Origin: Flaccisagitta enflata
Lineage: Eukaryota
NCBI GenBank assembly: GCA_965153355.1
Contig: OZ231126.1
Span: 19,158,001-19,222,000 of the forward strand
Reading direction: 5' to 3'
DNA length: 64,000 bases
The translations under genes were made by a program, and so were the position numbers. The notes below the pieces were generated by a model. It ran no database searches. It worked only from the letters and a program-made list of their open reading frames with translations, and had not been told where the DNA came from. Below, piece after piece: positions 60,315 to 64,000 of the stretch. Position 1 is the stretch's first letter. Each line of letters starts with the position of its first letter.

Positions 60315-60570
60315 CATGTGGTCTAGTGGTTAAGAAACAGGAACCTGATCATAACGCCTTGAGTTCGAACCCGAATATCGAGACTTGGTCTGATGTTGCA
60401 GTCGGGATACGTCCCCTCCAATCGCCTGCCAACGATCTGGTTCTTCCCCGCTGCCACAGACCTTCTTGTTGCTTTTTGTCACCACCATTACGTCGGTGAG
60501 AGGCCCTGGAAATATCATATTCACCCAATGTGGGCAGTGCATATTGTGAAGTAACCCAAAAAAAGGCAAA
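60315..60570 (+). mobile_element. Probable tRNA-derived SINE
   Basis: Pol III A box TGGTCTAGTGG (60319-60329) and B box GTTCGAACC (60363-60371) at tRNA spacing, without cloverleaf stems; 3' limit uncertain. Confidence 0.5.
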
Positions 60571-60745
60571 TTAGCCCGTGAGCGAGTTTGAATTCTATCC
60601 GCAACCTTTTACAGGGTCAAAATGAGCTTTTTTAGCCCTTTTTTTGTAACTAGCTACAGACTGCATGAAAATACAATGAGAGCAGTCACCCAAATCTATA
60701 GCATTTTATAAGAACATTTTATAAGCCCTTTTTTGTAACTAGCTA

Positions 60746-62204
60746 CAGACTGCATGAAAATACAATGAGAGCAGTCACCCAAATCTATAGCATTTTATAA
60801 GAACGTCATTTTTTTTCAAAGGCTTTATGTTCTTATTTTCAAGACCAAATGAAGCCTTCAATGTTCTTAGAGCGTTCTTAATTCTAAATATGATATAAAC
60901 TGTAAGAAACCTTATAATGTACTATTACTCAATGATAATAAATATATTTCTATTCAATACTGTTAAAACAAATGCTAATCATTAAAGTCTAAGGATATTT
61001 TCATGAACTTTATTCAAAAATCAAAAAATATCATATTGATTATATTAAAATTCAAATTTTTTCCTAATGTTTTTTTTGATTTTACCTTAAGCAAAATTTT
61101 CTTCTCTACATATGAAGCCTTCGTATATTCTTAAGATGTTCTTAATTTTGGGGCCATTAGAAGCCTTGATGTTCTTATTAACTAGGTTCTTATAAAAAAA
61201 AAGAGTGTACCCCCAACAGCCCACACAGGAGGTGGTATGTGGTTATGTGGCGTATCAATCAAATGATTATGTTTATACGAGTGGCGCCATCGAGGCGATT
61301 TCTCAATTTCCTCCTATTCACCGAGATACAGGCTTCAGAGGGGCAAACAAGGCCGGATACACGGCCACCAGTTGCGGACAGGTGGGCAGGAGCGGAAATG
61401 CGCGTTTTCACACTTTTCGACTCGTGCTCACCGACCGACGGACGGACGGACGGACGGACGGACGGACAAAGCCTCTTATAGAGTTGCGTGTCCGCAACTA
61501 AAAAGGAGCTTTTTGGGCAGCGGCCCCAACGGGCCGATGTCCTGTAGGACACAGGGGTGAATTTCCAGACATCCTTCCGTCTGTTCGTTCTTACGTACGT
61601 ACGTCCGTCCCCCCCTTCGCCAAAGCTTCTGAGCCTCATGTTCCCATTGAATAACATGGAAAATTGAAGAAAGGCAAAATTCCCATTGAATAACATGGAA
61701 AATTGATAAAGAAATGAAAAAATATGAAATTCCCATTGAATAACATGGAAAATTTACTAGAAGTCAAAGATATGGGAAATCCCTATTGAAAAACATGGAA
61801 AGTTTACAAAATTTTGAAATAAATGCAACCTTCAGATTGAATAATATGGAAAATAGACAATGAAATGGGAAAAAATCCATGTTTTCATTGAATAACAAGA
61901 GAATTAGCCCCCAAGGTCACAAATCAATCCAAGCAGGGCATCGGGTACCGCTGACCATGTGCGATCCTTGGATGATTAGTTTCAACACTTTTCGTAACAA
62001 CAAATTTTGACCCTTTAAGGAGCTGTATATAAAGAACTGGGCTGAATCTTCCAAATCGCTCTGATGGCGCCATTTCTATTAATATGGGCTTTGCATTGGT
62101 ACCCTGCATGACCATATAGCACCACCTGTATGAGCTGTAGAGGGTACTGCTATGGATTTGATTCACTCCTTTCGACTGCTCTCGTTGTGTTTTCATGCAG
62201 TCTG
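60746..62204. mobile_element. TA-flanked MITE holding three nested elements
   Basis: TA|CAGACTGCATGAAAATACAATGAGAGCAGTC ... GACTGCTCTCGTTGTGTTTTCATGCAGTCTG|TA. Contains a 3295-type MITE (~60791-61206), reverse HINE-B (~61346-61505) and forward HINE-D (~61511-61983). An ~89-bp tandem duplication of the left junction begins at 60634. Confidence 0.75.
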
Positions 62205-62570
62205 TAAAGAATTGCTGCAGTGACTTCAAACTTGGCAAGGACAAGCCCCAAGTGAGTGTCTTAAAGGAAAAAAAAGCGAAAAAGATTTTCTACTGTTCTT
62301 TTCGTGGATTCATACAGTAAAATGTTGCAAAAACAACCTTTTTTGCCCTTTTTTTAAATGGGTACCGGAATAATAAGCACCGCAAATTTTTTTCTCTTTT
62401 CATTTATGAGAATGATGAAAAAAGGCGAAAAAATTCGTTTTCACAGTATTTTACACTATGAATTCGTGCTTAGCTTGAAGAGAAAAAAGAATCACACATG
62501 TAGTTCCACAAACATATAGTTTCACATGAATTTTGAGGACACTGTATCCATTTTTGTAGAAGTATTAAAG

Positions 62571-63226
62571 AAAGTAGTCGCAAAAGCGTTAGATGGTCAG
62601 CGGTACCCGTTGCCCCTATGTGAGTAACAGGTCTTACATAAAAAAGTACCAAATTCCTTTAGATCTCCTTAGGAAAATTGTTACTTTTTTATGTAAGACC
62701 TGTCATATGTTGATGTGTGATGGTGAGAGGTGCAGCGGCCCCGAAGTAAGTTTTGAGGATTTAGGCTTGAAAGTGAGCATCAATAATGGGATTTGAGCCT
62801 CGAGGTTAAGATTTGAGCCTCGAGGTTGGGATTTGAGCCTCGAGGTTGGGATGTGAGCCTTGTGGCTGGGATTTGAGCCTCTAGGTGGGGATTTGAGCCT
62901 TGAGGCTGGGATTTAAGCCTCAAGGCTGGGATTTGAGCTTATAGGCTGGGATTTGAGCTTATAGGCTGGGATTTGAGCTTTGAGGTTGGGATTTGAGCCT
63001 CAAGCTTGGGATTTGAGCCTTGAGGTTGGGATTTGAGCCTTGAGGTTGGGATTTGAGCCTCGAGGCTAGGGTTTGGGCCTTGAGGCTAGGATTTGGGCCT
63101 TGAGGCTAGGATTTGGGCCTTGAGACTAGAATATGAGCTTTGAAGGGGGTGGATGGATGGAGAAGGAGAAATTTCTCCTGTGTGAAAGCATAGGTCATCA
63201 GCCCCTTTGGGGCCGCTGTCCAAAAG
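62571..63226 (-). mobile_element. HINE family D copy (reverse) with 21-bp array
   Basis: AAAGTAGTCGCAAAAGCGTTAGATGGTCAGCGGTACCCG ... (GGGATTTGAGCCTTGAGGCT-type)n 62788-63145 ... GGGGCCGCTGTCCAAAA. Confidence 0.7.
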
Positions 63227-63912
63227 GACAAAAAAGGCTGTTTATTGCAGTATTTTACTGTATAAATTCATTTAAAAACAGTGAAAAATCTTTTTTTCTT
63301 CCTCCCCTCTTCTTTTTCTTCTTGATCGTCTTTTTCCTCTTCTTTCTTCTTCCTCTCCTCTATCTTCTCTTCCTCTTTACCCTCGCCTCGGCCACTTCCG
63401 CCTCCTCCTCATCTTCATCCTCTGCCTCTTCATCCTCGGCCTCTTCATCCTCTGCCTCTTCATCCCCTTCCTCAATACTTTTCCTCCTCTCTACCACGGC
63501 AAACCTCATCTTCCTTTCTCCTTTCCATCTCCCCCACTCCCTCCTCCACTGCCGCCTTCATTTACGCGATATGACCACTCGTTGACCAAAACGATTCATG
63601 ATGATGACGACAACGACGACTGACCCGATGACAAATTTTGCGACAATGTCAACTCTTCCAGTGACAAACATTTGTTCAACTCATGCGACATATATGACAT
63701 CATTGACAACAAAACCGGTGACAAAATCGACTCAAAAACAATGATTATCACCACAGCACGACCGCAAAAACCACCACAATGACAACAACCGCAACCACAT
63801 CCGGTCGGCGATCAGGGGAGCGGCCTGTCGTTGTGGGCATTGAAGACGCGTCGAAAGGAGGAACGGAAGCTAACGGGCTCGCGGGGTGTGGTCAAGCGAG
63901 GAAGGATGGCAC

Positions 63913-63950
<38 letters not shown>

Positions 63951-64000
63951 TGAAAGAGAGAGATGGACAAATAGACAGACAGACAGAGAGACAGACAGAC

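Noticed and set aside
60315-60390. tRNA gene
   Set aside because: A and B boxes are present but acceptor and anticodon stems do not pair; treated as a SINE head. A weaker minus-strand case at ~35570-35650 was also not called.

Overview
Repeat-rich eukaryotic (animal, probably invertebrate) genomic DNA with GT-AG introns; not prokaryotic. Genes, all on +: the 3' end of an acidic/Lys-rich gene (1-3156), a 7-exon acyl-CoA Delta-9-type desaturase (7754-10263), a 7-exon theta-class GST with a ~330-aa N-terminal extension (22317-27420), a family of intronless beta-helix-like + MYND zinc-finger genes (one intact 45378-47030, one frameshifted and truncated 47318-48304, one relic ~32790-33628), an intronless SPOP-like BTB gene (49022-50020) and a 5-exon Rab2 (51436-55609). 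The rest is mostly non-autonomous DNA transposons, often nested 2-4 deep: Helentron-associated (HINE/DINE-1-like) elements carrying various satellites, TA-flanked MITEs/foldbacks, a hAT MITE with an 8-bp TSD, two TIR elements with 6-bp TSDs, and a tRNA-derived SINE. No transposase, rRNA or CRISPR was found. Best candidates for new biology: the turning-over beta-helix/MYND family next to the BTB gene, the extended GST-theta, and HINEs that seed satellites and fold back on their own 5' ends. All assignments are by eye, with no database searches.
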